Positions 1-10,723 of a DNA stretch of 64,000 nt are shown in pieces. Origin of the DNA: Candidatus Woesearchaeota archaeon (GTDB taxonomy: Archaea; Nanobdellota; Nanobdellia; Pacearchaeales; GW2011-AR1); assembly GCA_964355745.1 (NCBI GenBank), contig CAYHEN010000001.1, positions 17 to 64,016 on the forward strand. Direction: 5' to 3'. Position 1 is the first letter of the stretch, and each line of letters opens with the position of its first letter. The notes beneath the pieces are model-generated. The model searched no databases. It was not told where the DNA came from and saw nothing but the letters and a program-made list of their open reading frames with translations. A program made the translations under genes and the position numbers.

Positions 1-609
1 TATCCACTCTGCCCATTCTGTAATTTTTACTCCATAAAGGGTTGGTATCCATTCAACTCTTTCATTAGGAAGGACATCTGTAAATATTCCTAGAGTTATG
101 CTTCCAGAAAGAAGTGTGGCATCTTTGTTGAGGCTATTCCATGTAAATCTCTGTTCAGTATGTGTTCCTGTCTGATTTTGAACACAATCATATTTTTCTA
201 TACTTCCATTAACACTTAATCTTTCTTTACAAACTGTTTCATAATCAGGAACTTCAATATTGTAATATGTTTTATATTTATACCTAAACTCTCTACTAAA
301 TGACTTCATATTATTTTTAACATCATAGAATTCCATATCATTGAAAACATTAGAAATATCAGCATAATTTTCTATTGTAAATTCAGCAACTAATCTGTCT
401 TTTCCTCTTATTACATTGTATATCTGCGGAGTATTCAATCTTATTTTTGCTACCTCAATTGCTCCATTACTGATAGTTACAGTTTTAGTTACAGAATCAT
501 AACTCTTGGTGTTGTCTGTGGGAGCTGCAAGAACAAAATACAATGAAAAACTAATTATTAAAAGTAAAATAATCAATACAGAAAGCTTCGTCTTCCCCTT
601 TTTATCCAT
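1..609 (-). CDS. Secreted/surface protein, N-terminal part (runs off window edge)
   Basis: Not in ORF track. ATG at 609 opens a frame reading MDKKGKTKLSVLIILLLIISFSLYFVLAAPTDN...WIPTLYGVKITEWAEWI to position 1. Basic N-terminus, hydrophobic stretch and VLA-A site look like a Sec signal peptide. Confidence 0.75.
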   Translation of the reverse strand, partial: MDKKGKTKLSVLIILLLIISFSLYFVLAAPTDNTKSYDSVTKTVTISNGAIEVAKIRLNTPQIYNVIRGKDRLVAEFTIENYADISNVFNDMEFYDVKNNMKSFSREFRYKYKTYYNIEVPDYETVCKERLSVNGSIEKYDCVQNQTGTHTEQRFTWNSLNKDATLLSGSITLGIFTDVLPNERVEWIPTLYGVKITEWAEWI

Positions 610-755
610 TTTATACTATTTTTATACTAAAATTAGTATGTATTTAAACTTTGGGGTTATTTTGTAGATTATTATATTAATTAGAGAATAAAACAATTCA
701 GAAGATTTATGAAAACATTTAATAATTTACTTTTTAATTTTTAGTGAGATAAAAC

Positions 756-2027
756 ATGATAAAATACACTACCTCTGAAGCAGGAGACAAGAAAATAGAA
801 TCAGACATGAAAATTATCTGCAAAGAAATTTTAAATAGAATAACAAATGTGGAGAGCATAATTTTAACAGGCGGGTTTTCAAGAGGAGAGGGGGCTGTAA
901 AAATAGAAAAAGGAAAAATTTTCCCGTATAATGACTACGACATTCAGGTTATCAGCGAAACAAAAATTAGCAAAGAAGACATAGACAAAATCTCTATACA
1001 GATATCAGAAAAATTAGGATATAAAGGGATTGTTAATTTCTATCCATTCAAAAAAGAAAACCAGAAAATGAAAAATAATTTTTATATTGATTTGAAGATA
1101 AACTCTGCAGAAGATTTAAGGAAAATGCTTCCAAGAATAAGAACTTATGAACTCAAGAACAATTCAAGAATTTTATATGGGAAAGACCCGAGATACTCGA
1201 TTCCCAATTACAGTTTAAGGGATATTCCTTTGTCTGAAGGAGCAAAACTCTTACTCGATAGAATGAGCCAGATGATTGAATATTATTCTTTAGATAAAAA
1301 GCACGAGGAAGAGTTCTTGACATATATAATCCAGCAGGCATATGCTGCTTGCTGCACTTCTCTTTTATTGCTGAGCAAGAAGTATGAAATTGGATATGAA
1401 AAATCCATGCATATCTTAAAAGACACCTATAGAAAAGATTTTCCAAAATTGTGTGATAAAATCCCAGATTTAACTGAGAAGATTGAGCAATTTATCAAAT
1501 GGAAATTAAATCCAGAAAAACTTCCAAATAACAATGTTGAAAAAGAATGGTTTATAGCCAAGAAAAACATTCTTGAGGTATCTAAATATTTTTTCAGCAG
1601 ATTTCTGCACAAAAAAATAGAAACAATAGAAGAATTATCCAAAGCGATATCGAATATGAAAAGAGAATTCTATAGTCCGTATATAAAAGTAATGAAAAAA
1701 TTTAAAGTAAGAGGGGTGGATTGGTTTGATAAGAGTATTGGATATCTCCTTGTTCCATTTTGGTTTAGACATCTGTATAATAGAAGATTAAAAAGATTGT
1801 CCATAGAATTTAAGACAAGAAAGTCATCTCCAGATTTAGTAATTTTCTCGTCGCTGATTTATCTAATCAGCACAATAAAAGAAGAAAACAAGATAGACGA
1901 AAGAGAATTATCAAAGGGAAAGGATATCTTGTCGCTTGTTTATCCTGTAAATGGAAAAGATTGGGAGGAAATAACTATCGATTATGCAAATGCTTATATA
2001 GCGTTTTTTCTTCAAAAAATTCGATGA
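756..2027 (+). CDS. Pol-beta-superfamily nucleotidyltransferase-domain protein
   Basis: Motif LTGGFSRGEG...NDYD (hG[GS]...DxD type) at the N-terminus, then a long helical C-terminal region. Confidence 0.7.
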   Translation: MIKYTTSEAGDKKIESDMKIICKEILNRITNVESIILTGGFSRGEGAVKIEKGKIFPYNDYDIQVISETKISKEDIDKISIQISEKLGYKGIVNFYPFKKENQKMKNNFYIDLKINSAEDLRKMLPRIRTYELKNNSRILYGKDPRYSIPNYSLRDIPLSEGAKLLLDRMSQMIEYYSLDKKHEEEFLTYIIQQAYAACCTSLLLLSKKYEIGYEKSMHILKDTYRKDFPKLCDKIPDLTEKIEQFIKWKLNPEKLPNNNVEKEWFIAKKNILEVSKYFFSRFLHKKIETIEELSKAISNMKREFYSPYIKVMKKFKVRGVDWFDKSIGYLLVPFWFRHLYNRRLKRLSIEFKTRKSSPDLVIFSSLIYLISTIKEENKIDERELSKGKDILSLVYPVNGKDWEEITIDYANAYIAFFLQKIR

Positions 2028-3127
2028 AAAAATTGATAATCTGCATTGACGGATTAGGATATGACTTAATTTCAGAAGAAAATACTCCTTTTTTATACAA
2101 TTTTGGGATTAAAAATAATTTAAGTGTTTTAAAAACCTTTTTTGCATTTACTGGTGTGGAATACAGTTTTTTTAGAGCAGATACGCCACAGGAAAATGGA
2201 ATTTGGCTGGAATTTTCAAAATCAGCAGATTCTATATTTAATAATTCTATTTTAAGATTTCTTTCATTTAACAAAAAATTAAGAACTTATCTTGGAGCAA
2301 TTCTCCAATTTTTAAATAAAAGGACTTATATCTCTGCGTTGCACAATATTCCTGCAAACAAACTAAAATATTTTGATTCCAGTGTTAAACAGGGATTGTG
2401 GAAACTGCCTTATTTTCAAAATAAGAACTTTTCTTTTTACAAATGGCCTTTTTTTATTACAAAAAATGAAAAAGAAAAAAGAAAAATAATCTTCAGATAT
2501 GAATCTGATGAAGAAAGACTTGATAGGCTGACCAAAGAGAAAAATAAAGAAATATACTATACCCAACTAATGTCTGTAGATAAAACCCTGCATAAGTTTG
2601 GCAAGAGAAGCATACAGGCAAAAAATTCTTTGTTAAGCATAGACAAAATAATGAGAAGATATGTAAATGAGTTCTTAGAAGAAAACCCTGAAGGAAGAAT
2701 TATTATCTGGGGAGACCACGGATTTGCTGATATTACAGATTACATAAATTTGGAAGATATTTTGCCTAAAAGAAAAGATTATCTCTTTTTCATTGCAGGA
2801 ACTACTGCTTCTTTTTGGTTTAGCAATGAAGAGGCTAAAAAAGAGGTTTTAGAAAGGTTATCTAAAATTAAAGAGATAAAAATACTGGATAAAAAAACTG
2901 CCAAGAAATATAAAATTCCATTCGATAAAAAATATGGGGAGATTGTATTTTATGTAGAAAAGGGAAAATACTTTTTTCCAAATTTTTATCAAAATTCAGA
3001 AGAGGAGCAATTCAAAGCCATGCACGGCTACCCAAACGATGATGAGTTAGATGGTTTTTTAATTACCAATATAAAAAAAAGAGTGAATAAATCTTTAAAA
3101 ATAAATGAGATTAGAAAAATTCTATGA
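2024..3127 (+). CDS. Alkaline phosphatase superfamily (nucleotide pyrophosphatase/phosphodiesterase-like) protein
   Basis: IDGLG, DKTLH, GDHG and MHGY metal-ligand motifs. Likely start is ATG 2024 (ATGA overlap with upstream stop), not 1961. Confidence 0.8.
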   Translation: MKKLIICIDGLGYDLISEENTPFLYNFGIKNNLSVLKTFFAFTGVEYSFFRADTPQENGIWLEFSKSADSIFNNSILRFLSFNKKLRTYLGAILQFLNKRTYISALHNIPANKLKYFDSSVKQGLWKLPYFQNKNFSFYKWPFFITKNEKEKRKIIFRYESDEERLDRLTKEKNKEIYYTQLMSVDKTLHKFGKRSIQAKNSLLSIDKIMRRYVNEFLEENPEGRIIIWGDHGFADITDYINLEDILPKRKDYLFFIAGTTASFWFSNEEAKKEVLERLSKIKEIKILDKKTAKKYKIPFDKKYGEIVFYVEKGKYFFPNFYQNSEEEQFKAMHGYPNDDELDGFLITNIKKRVNKSLKINEIRKIL

Positions 3128-4578
3128 ATGACATTTGTTTGATTAATCCTCCTTTAGATAAAAAAACAACAAGCAAATTTCCTATGTCTGGAGTTCCTTT
3201 GGGAATTGCGTGTTTAGCAGCTTATCTAAGAGAGAGAAAAATATCCTCACAAGTCATAGATGCTCCTATAAAAGGATGGAATTTTGAAAAAACAGCCATA
3301 GAAGCCATTAAATCCGGAGCAAAGATAATAGGAGTCAGTTGCTTAACAGAAAATAGATATTCCGCCTTAAAAACATTAGAAGAAATTAAAAAAAGAGATC
3401 CTGAAATCATCACAATAATCGGGGGATTGCATGCTACTTTCTTAGACAGATTATTGCTGGAAAATTATAAGTTTATTGACATTGTTGTCAGAGGAGAGGG
3501 AGAAGAAACCTTGTACGAATTAATCAAGGCAATAAAGAACAAAAAATCCATAGATAAAATTTTAGGAATCTCCTTCAGAAAGGGGAAAGAGGTAAAAATT
3601 AATCTTCCCAGATGCTTCATTGAGAGTATAGAAAACCTTCCTCTTCCTGCTTATGATTTATTCCCTATGAAAGAATACCCTCTGCCTCCTGATGTTAAAA
3701 ATGTGAAGCAAACAACTTTAGTAACAACTTCAAGAGGGTGCCCTATGGGATGTAAGTTCTGCGAAACAACTCTGGCTTGGGGAAAAAAAGTAAGAAGTAC
3801 CTCTGCTGAAAAGTTGTTTGAACAGGTTAAACAGTTAAATAAGGAATATGGAATTGATTATATCAGATTTGCCGATGATTTATTCACTCTTAAAAAAGAA
3901 AAAGTTATGAGATTTTGTGAGTTAGTAATCAAAAATAAGCTGCCTATCAAATTCAGGATACAGGCAAGAGTGGATACTGTTGACGAAGAAATGCTAAAAA
4001 TGTTAAAAAAAGCGGGTTGTGATCTGATTGAATATGGAGCAGAAGCAGGCTCTGATAAAGTCTTAAGAGCTATTGGAAAGAATATAACAATTGAGAGAAT
4101 AAAAAGAGCTTCTGCTTTAACAAAAAGGATTGGAATTGAACTAAAATTCTTTTTAATCATAGGTTCTTTGGAAGAAATTCCAGAAGACACCTGGGAAACT
4201 TTCGAATTAATAAAAGAAACAAGACCAGACTGGATAGGCATTAATGCTCTGACGATATATCCTGGAACTTATGTTTATGACATTGCAAAAAAAGAGGGGC
4301 TAATCAGCGACGATTTATGGCTTCATTATATAAATCCCAAAACAGGAAATGCCCCATTATATACAAAGAATTATTCAGACAAAGAAATGATTTTTTTGGC
4401 TCAATTAGGGCATGTTTGGGGTTGCAGGAATTCTGACAAAAAGAAATCTTATTCCTCATTGGAAAAAATACTCGCATTTTTATTAACAGAAAATTTTGCA
4501 AGGCTACTTGTTAAGAATAAAATTACGAGAAAAATTGCTGCTAATGTAGCATGGATTTTTTCTCCTCTTTTGCCATGA
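3124..4578 (+). CDS. B12-binding radical SAM enzyme
   Basis: N-terminal cobalamin-binding-type domain (PLGIACLAA, GGLHAT, GEGE) and SRGCPMGCKFC cluster motif. Confidence 0.9.
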   Translation: MNDICLINPPLDKKTTSKFPMSGVPLGIACLAAYLRERKISSQVIDAPIKGWNFEKTAIEAIKSGAKIIGVSCLTENRYSALKTLEEIKKRDPEIITIIGGLHATFLDRLLLENYKFIDIVVRGEGEETLYELIKAIKNKKSIDKILGISFRKGKEVKINLPRCFIESIENLPLPAYDLFPMKEYPLPPDVKNVKQTTLVTTSRGCPMGCKFCETTLAWGKKVRSTSAEKLFEQVKQLNKEYGIDYIRFADDLFTLKKEKVMRFCELVIKNKLPIKFRIQARVDTVDEEMLKMLKKAGCDLIEYGAEAGSDKVLRAIGKNITIERIKRASALTKRIGIELKFFLIIGSLEEIPEDTWETFELIKETRPDWIGINALTIYPGTYVYDIAKKEGLISDDLWLHYINPKTGNAPLYTKNYSDKEMIFLAQLGHVWGCRNSDKKKSYSSLEKILAFLLTENFARLLVKNKITRKIAANVAWIFSPLLP

Positions 4579-5573
4579 GAATTTTAGTTACAGGAGCCAG
4601 TGGATTTATTGGAAGCCATCTAGCTGAAAGGCTTGTTAAGGAAAAATATGATGTTAGAGTTTTGATTAGAAAAGAAAACCCCAAAAGAAGAAAAGACTCT
4701 TTGGAATTGCTTAAAAAATTAAAAGTAGAAATTATCAAAGGAGATTTGCTGGACAAAGAATCTTTGAAACATGCGATTAAAAATACAGATGTTATTTTTC
4801 ATTTGGCTGCAATAGCAAGACCAATGGCTATTCCTGATGAAGCATATTTTAAAGTAAACGAAGGAGGAACAAGAAATTTATTGGAGGTTTGTAGGGGTAA
4901 GAAAATAAAAAAAATAATCATAATGAGCAGCGTCTCTGCTGTAGGGACGACTAAAAACGGAATAGCAGTAAACGAACAAACAGAATGCAAACCAGTAGAC
5001 GTTTATGGGTGGAGCAAGCTCGCTGAAGAAAATGTTGCTATGGAGTATTTTAACAAGTACAAAATGCCTATTGTTATATTAAGGCCCCCGATGGTTTTTG
5101 GTGAAAGAGATTTTGAAATGCTCAAATTATTCAAAATTATAAGCAAGAGATTTTTTCCGATAAGCAGCAATATTAAGTGCATGGAATTTTTATATGCCGG
5201 AAATTTAGCCGAGGCATGCTTATTAGCAATGAAAAAAGGGAAAAATGGGGAGATATATCATATTTCAAATGGAGAGCATTACAGCATTAATGAAGTAGTC
5301 CATGCGATAGAAAAGGCGGGAAATAAAAAAATTTTTCCTGTGCAATTTCCAAAATTTATTATTATCTTTGGAGGCTATGTCTTGGAAACTCTTGGGAAAA
5401 TTTTCCATTTTCATCCGCCATTTAAACATGATACAATAGATTGGATGACTAAACAACTCTGGTATACTGACATCTCGAAAGCAGAAAGAGAGTTGATGTA
5501 TAAACCAATTTTCTCGCTTCAAGAAAGCATAAAAAAGACAGCAAATTATTATAAAGAGAGGGGTTATTTATAG
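4575..5573 (+). CDS. NAD-dependent epimerase/dehydratase (extended SDR)
   Basis: TGASGFIG and YGWSK motifs. Start ATG 4575 overlaps the upstream stop (ATGA). Confidence 0.9.
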   Translation: MRILVTGASGFIGSHLAERLVKEKYDVRVLIRKENPKRRKDSLELLKKLKVEIIKGDLLDKESLKHAIKNTDVIFHLAAIARPMAIPDEAYFKVNEGGTRNLLEVCRGKKIKKIIIMSSVSAVGTTKNGIAVNEQTECKPVDVYGWSKLAEENVAMEYFNKYKMPIVILRPPMVFGERDFEMLKLFKIISKRFFPISSNIKCMEFLYAGNLAEACLLAMKKGKNGEIYHISNGEHYSINEVVHAIEKAGNKKIFPVQFPKFIIIFGGYVLETLGKIFHFHPPFKHDTIDWMTKQLWYTDISKAERELMYKPIFSLQESIKKTANYYKERGYL

Positions 5574-5574
5574 A

Positions 5575-7005
5575 ATGAAAATAGTTTTTATAATAAAAAA
5601 ATTGAGTATTTCTGACCCTCTGGGAATTATGTGCCTATCATCTGCCCTCAAAGAAGCAGGGCATGAAACAGATTTGATATGTTTTGCAAAAGAGAATTTA
5701 TTTGAAAAACTGAGACAATTAAAACCTGATGTTGTTGCTTACAGCTTAACTACTGGTATGCATCAGGGATATATCTCTATAAATCAGGAAATTAAAAAAC
5801 ATTTTAAGGTATATTCTGTTTTTGGGGGGCCTCATCCTACTTTCTACCCTGAAATGATTAAAGAGGAAGGCGTAGATGCTGTATGCATAGGGGAAGGAGA
5901 AGAGGCTTTTGTTGAATTTGTAAACAAATTAGAAAAGAAAAAAGATGCAAGCAGGGTAAAAAACTTCTGGGTAAAAAATTCTAAGACAGGAAAGATAATA
6001 AAAAATCCATTAAGAATGTTAACTGAAAATTTGGATAAATTGCCTTTTGCTGACAGAGAATTGATTTACAAAAAAGACTCCTTTTTCGAAGGACTTGAAA
6101 TAAAAAGATTTATGACTGGCAGAGGATGTCCTTTCAAATGCACATATTGTTTTAACAGACAATATAATTCACTATATAAAGACAAAGGAAAAATTATCAG
6201 GCATAGAAGTGTGGATAATGTAATAAAAGAAATTCAGGAAATAAAAAGGAAATATCCTCTCAGAACTATTAAATTTATAGATGATACTTTTAATATAAAT
6301 TCTGTTTGGCTAAAAGAATTCTGTGAAAAATATAAAGAAAAAATAAATTTGCCATTCATATGCAATATACGTGCAGATTTAATAAATCCAGAAATGGTGC
6401 GACAATTAAGAAATGCAAATTGCATAGTCGTTTATATTGGCATTGAAACTGGAAATGAAAAAGTAAGAAGAGAAATATTAGAAAGAAATATGGGCAATGA
6501 ACAGATATTGAATGCATGCAGATTACTTAAAAAAGAAGGAATAAAGATAGTTGCACAGAACATGTTAGGGCTGCCAGGAGAAGATATAAATGGAACTTTT
6601 GAGACGATATTATTTAATTCAAAATGTAAGGTAGATTTTCCGGGATTTTCTATCTTTCAACCATATCCAGATACAGTTCTTACAGATTATGCAATAAGAA
6701 AAGGTTTTTTTGATGGGGATTTTGACAATTCTAATCCAGATTATCTGCGTAAGAGTCCATTAAAGCTTGGAATAAAAGAAAAAAGAGAGTTAGAAAACTT
6801 GAATAAATTTAGCAGCTTATTAGCAAAATTTCCTGTTTTAACTCCGATCATTCGTTTACTAATAAAATTCCCGGAAAATAAGGTATATAATTTAGTTTAT
6901 GCTTTATCTTATGGCATGTCTTTATGGAGTGTTTATTCAACTGCCTTTGGCTCTAATTTAAAACTTATAAAATCTGCTAAGAGGCTTTTAGAATACACTT
7001 TTTAA
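5575..7005 (+). CDS. B12-binding radical SAM enzyme
   Basis: PLGIMCLS, GGPHPT, GEGE; GRGCPFKCTYC. Confidence 0.9.
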   Translation: MKIVFIIKKLSISDPLGIMCLSSALKEAGHETDLICFAKENLFEKLRQLKPDVVAYSLTTGMHQGYISINQEIKKHFKVYSVFGGPHPTFYPEMIKEEGVDAVCIGEGEEAFVEFVNKLEKKKDASRVKNFWVKNSKTGKIIKNPLRMLTENLDKLPFADRELIYKKDSFFEGLEIKRFMTGRGCPFKCTYCFNRQYNSLYKDKGKIIRHRSVDNVIKEIQEIKRKYPLRTIKFIDDTFNINSVWLKEFCEKYKEKINLPFICNIRADLINPEMVRQLRNANCIVVYIGIETGNEKVRREILERNMGNEQILNACRLLKKEGIKIVAQNMLGLPGEDINGTFETILFNSKCKVDFPGFSIFQPYPDTVLTDYAIRKGFFDGDFDNSNPDYLRKSPLKLGIKEKRELENLNKFSSLLAKFPVLTPIIRLLIKFPENKVYNLVYALSYGMSLWSVYSTAFGSNLKLIKSAKRLLEYTF

Positions 7006-7010
7006 ATAAA

Positions 7011-7538
7011 ATGGTTGACAAATTATCTGCTACTTATCTTAATAAAAATCCGATAATAAGAATTTTTAGCAGAACAAAAATAAAAATTGCTCTTATAATA
7101 GCGGATTTAAAAAAAGACGATTTAATATTGGATTTTGGATGTGGACAGGGTTGGCTGAAAAATAATCTTAAAGGACAGGGCTATAATATTATAGGATATG
7201 ACATAACTCCAGAGCACAGCGATGTGAAAGATTACACTAAAATAAAACCAGATAAAATATTTGCAATGGATGTTTTTGAGCATATCCCAAAAGAGGAAGT
7301 TAGGAAAACTATTAAAAATTTCAAAAAAATGAACCCTAATTTTGAACTCATAACTTCTATTCCCACAGAAAATTGGATTTCAAGAAAGGCGAGAAAGCTT
7401 CTGGGAAAGAGCGAGAGAGTTAAAGACCACATAACCAACCTGAAAGAGATTAAGGAAATTTTAAAAGAAGAATTGAAATTAGCAAAAAAATTTAATTTCC
7501 TGACAGTTAGCTATATCGCCAAATTTAAGAATATTTAA
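7011..7538 (+). CDS. Class I SAM-dependent methyltransferase
   Basis: LDFGCGQG motif I; DVFEHI. Confidence 0.85.
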   Translation: MVDKLSATYLNKNPIIRIFSRTKIKIALIIADLKKDDLILDFGCGQGWLKNNLKGQGYNIIGYDITPEHSDVKDYTKIKPDKIFAMDVFEHIPKEEVRKTIKNFKKMNPNFELITSIPTENWISRKARKLLGKSERVKDHITNLKEIKEILKEELKLAKKFNFLTVSYIAKFKNI

Positions 7539-9099
7539 TTTCATAAATAACAGCAACTGGCTTTTCCTGTTGGTAATATGCCTGAACAGGCATCATACTA
7601 GAATTATGTCTCTCTGGATAAGAGTACATCCAAGGTTCATGATATTCAAAGGAAGATAACATTAGGTATCTTGGTTTTATTCTTGATAAATTTCTTTGGA
7701 ATGTTGCTTCATCTGCCCCCATCTGGCCTAAGCCATAAGTGGTTCTCTCAGAATAATAAGTTATTTGTGGACGAGATTCAGAGATTATTATGTCTTGCGG
7801 ATTTGAATTTTCTTTCATCCATATTCCTGCCTGCTGTACTTCTAAATAAGAAGTCAGTTTGTTGTCTATCAAACCATTTGACCAAGCATAATTTGAAGGA
7901 GCACTACTAGTAAGGTTTATTATTAAAAGCAGTAAAAGAAAAATCATTGAAAGAGCATATATTACTTTCTTGCTTATTTTTGGATAATGCTTGTTTATTA
8001 GATTTCCTGCTTTTATTATAGGAGTTGCTGCAATTAAGAACAAAAATGGGAGAGTTGAAAGAATGTATCTGTGTTCCACCAATTGAGTTATATAACCTAA
8101 AACCAAGAATGGAACAACAATCCACAGGAAGATAAAAAATTTCTTTTGAACTTCCTCATTCTTGAAAATCTTATCCAATCCAAGAAACATGTCCTGAAAG
8201 AAAATAAATATTCCTATCACAAACAAAACAAGAATAGATTTGGTGAGAATATATGGCAAATCTTTGAAATAATCAAATATTGTTGAAACACTCCTTACAT
8301 TAGGTGTTGTGCTGGAAACTCCTGAAACTCCAAAATAGTGAGAAAGAATATCTGTAAAAATATTTCCATAGTGCGTCCAGTATAAAACAAAGAATGGGAG
8401 AAGAACTGCAAATGCCAAACCAACAGTTATCCAAAGGTGTTTATTCTTAATGAATTTGAATTTCTCCCTTGTAAATATGAAAACAAGGAAAGGAAGAGCA
8501 AACATCGCAAACTGGAATCTTGTTAACAATGAAAGAGCATAAAAAACTCCAAACAGGTATAAAAATTTATTTCCTTCTTTAAGAACATATCCTTTCCAAA
8601 AAAATAACAGAGCAAGCAGAAGAAAAAATGTTGCCGGAATATCTGTTAATATCCTTCCTGTAAAAAATAAAGAAACCCAAGAAAATAATACTCCTAAAGA
8701 CACTAAAATAGCAGTTTTTTTATCAAACATTTTAGAGATTATAAAATAAGAGAGGGCAACTAGAGATGTTGACATCAACATAACCAAAAACCTTACTCCT
8801 ATCTCCCCTAAACCAAATTTAAAAAATACAGCGCCGATTAGCGCCCATAGAAAACCTCTTCTGTAATACCAGATATCCCCTATATTCAATCCAAGCCCCC
8901 ATTCTTTAGCTGTAGAGAAATAATCTCCCTCGTCCCACCAAAGAGGCTGATGTGCAGTTTTTAAGAAAATCAAAAATCTTATTATAAATGCGGCTATTAG
9001 AAGAACAATAAATATTTTATCATAATTATCTTTTATCATAGAAGAAAGTTTTTTCTTTATAGAATTTTTTCTCTTTTCTATGTCTTCTTCCATTAACAA
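7525..9099 (-). CDS. GT-C (ArnT/PMT-like, GT39/GT83-type) membrane glycosyltransferase
   Basis: WWDEGDY loop after the first TM helix, more than 10 hydrophobic segments, RY motif, soluble C-terminal domain. Confidence 0.85.
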   Translation of the reverse strand: MLMEEDIEKRKNSIKKKLSSMIKDNYDKIFIVLLIAAFIIRFLIFLKTAHQPLWWDEGDYFSTAKEWGLGLNIGDIWYYRRGFLWALIGAVFFKFGLGEIGVRFLVMLMSTSLVALSYFIISKMFDKKTAILVSLGVLFSWVSLFFTGRILTDIPATFFLLLALLFFWKGYVLKEGNKFLYLFGVFYALSLLTRFQFAMFALPFLVFIFTREKFKFIKNKHLWITVGLAFAVLLPFFVLYWTHYGNIFTDILSHYFGVSGVSSTTPNVRSVSTIFDYFKDLPYILTKSILVLFVIGIFIFFQDMFLGLDKIFKNEEVQKKFFIFLWIVVPFLVLGYITQLVEHRYILSTLPFLFLIAATPIIKAGNLINKHYPKISKKVIYALSMIFLLLLLIINLTSSAPSNYAWSNGLIDNKLTSYLEVQQAGIWMKENSNPQDIIISESRPQITYYSERTTYGLGQMGADEATFQRNLSRIKPRYLMLSSFEYHEPWMYSYPERHNSSMMPVQAYYQQEKPVAVIYEIKYS

Positions 9100-9117
9100 T
9101 TATTAATTTGTGAGTTT

Positions 9118-9672
9118 TTATTTGTTTTTATTGTTTAAAATATAATGAGCTGCTTCTAACATATCTCTCGCTACAAACTCTGCTTCTTTTACTAGATTTT
9201 TTTCTTCTCGTATCAGAATATGAATTGTTCTGCATCCTGCATTTTTTCCAGTCTGTATATCTCTTAAAGAATCTCCAATCATCCAAGATTCTCTTAAATT
9301 TAGATTAAAATCTCTTGCTGCTTGTTCAAGCATTCCTGTTTTGGGTTTTCTACAATCACAATCAGATTTATATTTTTCTATTGTTCCGTTTGGATGATGC
9401 GGACAGAAGTATTCTGCATTTATGAAAATTTCATGTTCTTTTAATTTTTCATGCATTTCTTTTTTAAATCTAAAATAATCTTCTTCTGTATAATATCCTC
9501 TTGCAATTCCAGACTGATTTGTAATGATTATTAATTTGTATCCTGCTTGTCTCAGCAATTTTAATCCTTCTACAACATTAGGGAGAATTTCCAAATCTTC
9601 TATTTTGTAGACATAACCTTTATCCACATTAATAGTTCCATCTCTGTCCAAAAAAACTGCTTTATTTTCCAT
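9118..9672 (-). CDS. gmhB: D,D-heptose 1,7-bisphosphate phosphatase
   Basis: FLDRDGTIN, TNQSGIARG, CPHHP...CDCRKP, IGD. Confidence 0.92.
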   Translation of the reverse strand: MENKAVFLDRDGTINVDKGYVYKIEDLEILPNVVEGLKLLRQAGYKLIIITNQSGIARGYYTEEDYFRFKKEMHEKLKEHEIFINAEYFCPHHPNGTIEKYKSDCDCRKPKTGMLEQAARDFNLNLRESWMIGDSLRDIQTGKNAGCRTIHILIREEKNLVKEAEFVARDMLEAAHYILNNKNK

Positions 9673-10720
9673 TTTTTAATATTTTTAAGTTTTGATAAAG
9701 GGACAAAAGAAAATTTCTATTGTTTTCTTTTATATAATGCATTTCTCTCGCATTCATTCTATGAAAAGTTTTGCAAAAACGCAAGTAATATGCGGGATTG
9801 CTTTTTTCTGGCTCGAATCCTTTGTTCCAATCCCCTCCTTCCTGAATATCATTTATAACAATTGTAAAATCTTCAATTCTCCTATTTTCCTGTCTTGCTA
9901 AATTTCTTGCCATAGATAAGGATTTTTCAAATATCATTGGAGACATTATTGCAGAACCCACTGAAATATAAATCCCTTCTTCTAATTTATTTACGCTATC
10001 AGCAAATTTCAGGAAATCTATTTCAGCGCATTTTCCTACTGAAGCACCATCGCTTAAGGGATGAGTATAAATTATATCATAACCAAATCCAGGATGGACT
10101 GTAAATGGAATTTTCATAAATACAGAATCCTGCACAGAATATTTTTTATAAGGATGATTAACTGTAATTTTGCAAGAATCTATGCCTTGTTTCATAAGTT
10201 TTTCTTTTAAGTTCTTGTTCTCATAAACTTCTCCAAGAATAGTTATCTCCTCATCATGAATCATTTCGCATACAGCTTCTCCATATCCTTTTCCTTTTTC
10301 TGCTCCTGAAATTAATGCTAAATTGATATATCGCCCTGTCTCTTCCCATAAACCAAATTGCCCTTCTTTGATATATTCTTCAACATCCTCTTCTGTCTTG
10401 CCTTGAAATGCAAACTCCCAGTCGTGAATAGAACCTGCCCCGTTTGTTGCTAGATGAGTAACAAAATCTTCTTCAATCATTCTCCTCAAAATTAAACCTA
10501 ACCCATTTTTTATCAGATGAGCTCCATAAACCATAATCACTTGTTTATCTCTTTTTCTTGCAACAATAATTTCTCTTGCTATTTTATTTATTAATTTAGA
10601 ATTTTGTGAATGGCAAAAAGGTGAATCATCTGGATTTACTGCTATTTCCTCTATAGAAGATTGATTTTTTCTTAATCCCAAGGGAAGAATTTTTAATTTG
10701 GTTCTGTCAAATAATCCCAT
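9662..10720 (-). CDS. Uncharacterised protein, deoxyhypusine-synthase-like fold (tentative)
   Basis: Motifs GAHLIKNGL, LATNGAGSIHDWE, VHPGFGYDI, VGSAIMSP resemble a conserved hypothetical family with a DHS-like Rossmann fold. The DHS EAxSWGK motif is absent. Confidence 0.55.
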   Translation of the reverse strand: MGLFDRTKLKILPLGLRKNQSSIEEIAVNPDDSPFCHSQNSKLINKIAREIIVARKRDKQVIMVYGAHLIKNGLGLILRRMIEEDFVTHLATNGAGSIHDWEFAFQGKTEEDVEEYIKEGQFGLWEETGRYINLALISGAEKGKGYGEAVCEMIHDEEITILGEVYENKNLKEKLMKQGIDSCKITVNHPYKKYSVQDSVFMKIPFTVHPGFGYDIIYTHPLSDGASVGKCAEIDFLKFADSVNKLEEGIYISVGSAIMSPMIFEKSLSMARNLARQENRRIEDFTIVINDIQEGGDWNKGFEPEKSNPAYYLRFCKTFHRMNAREMHYIKENNRNFLLSLYQNLKILKNGK

Positions 10721-10723
10721 GTT

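Noticed and set aside
756..2027. CBASS or MNT-HEPN defence/toxin nucleotidyltransferase
   Set aside because: No effector, Cap or HEPN RX4-6H partner was recognised, and the context is purely glycan-related. Not excluded without a profile search.
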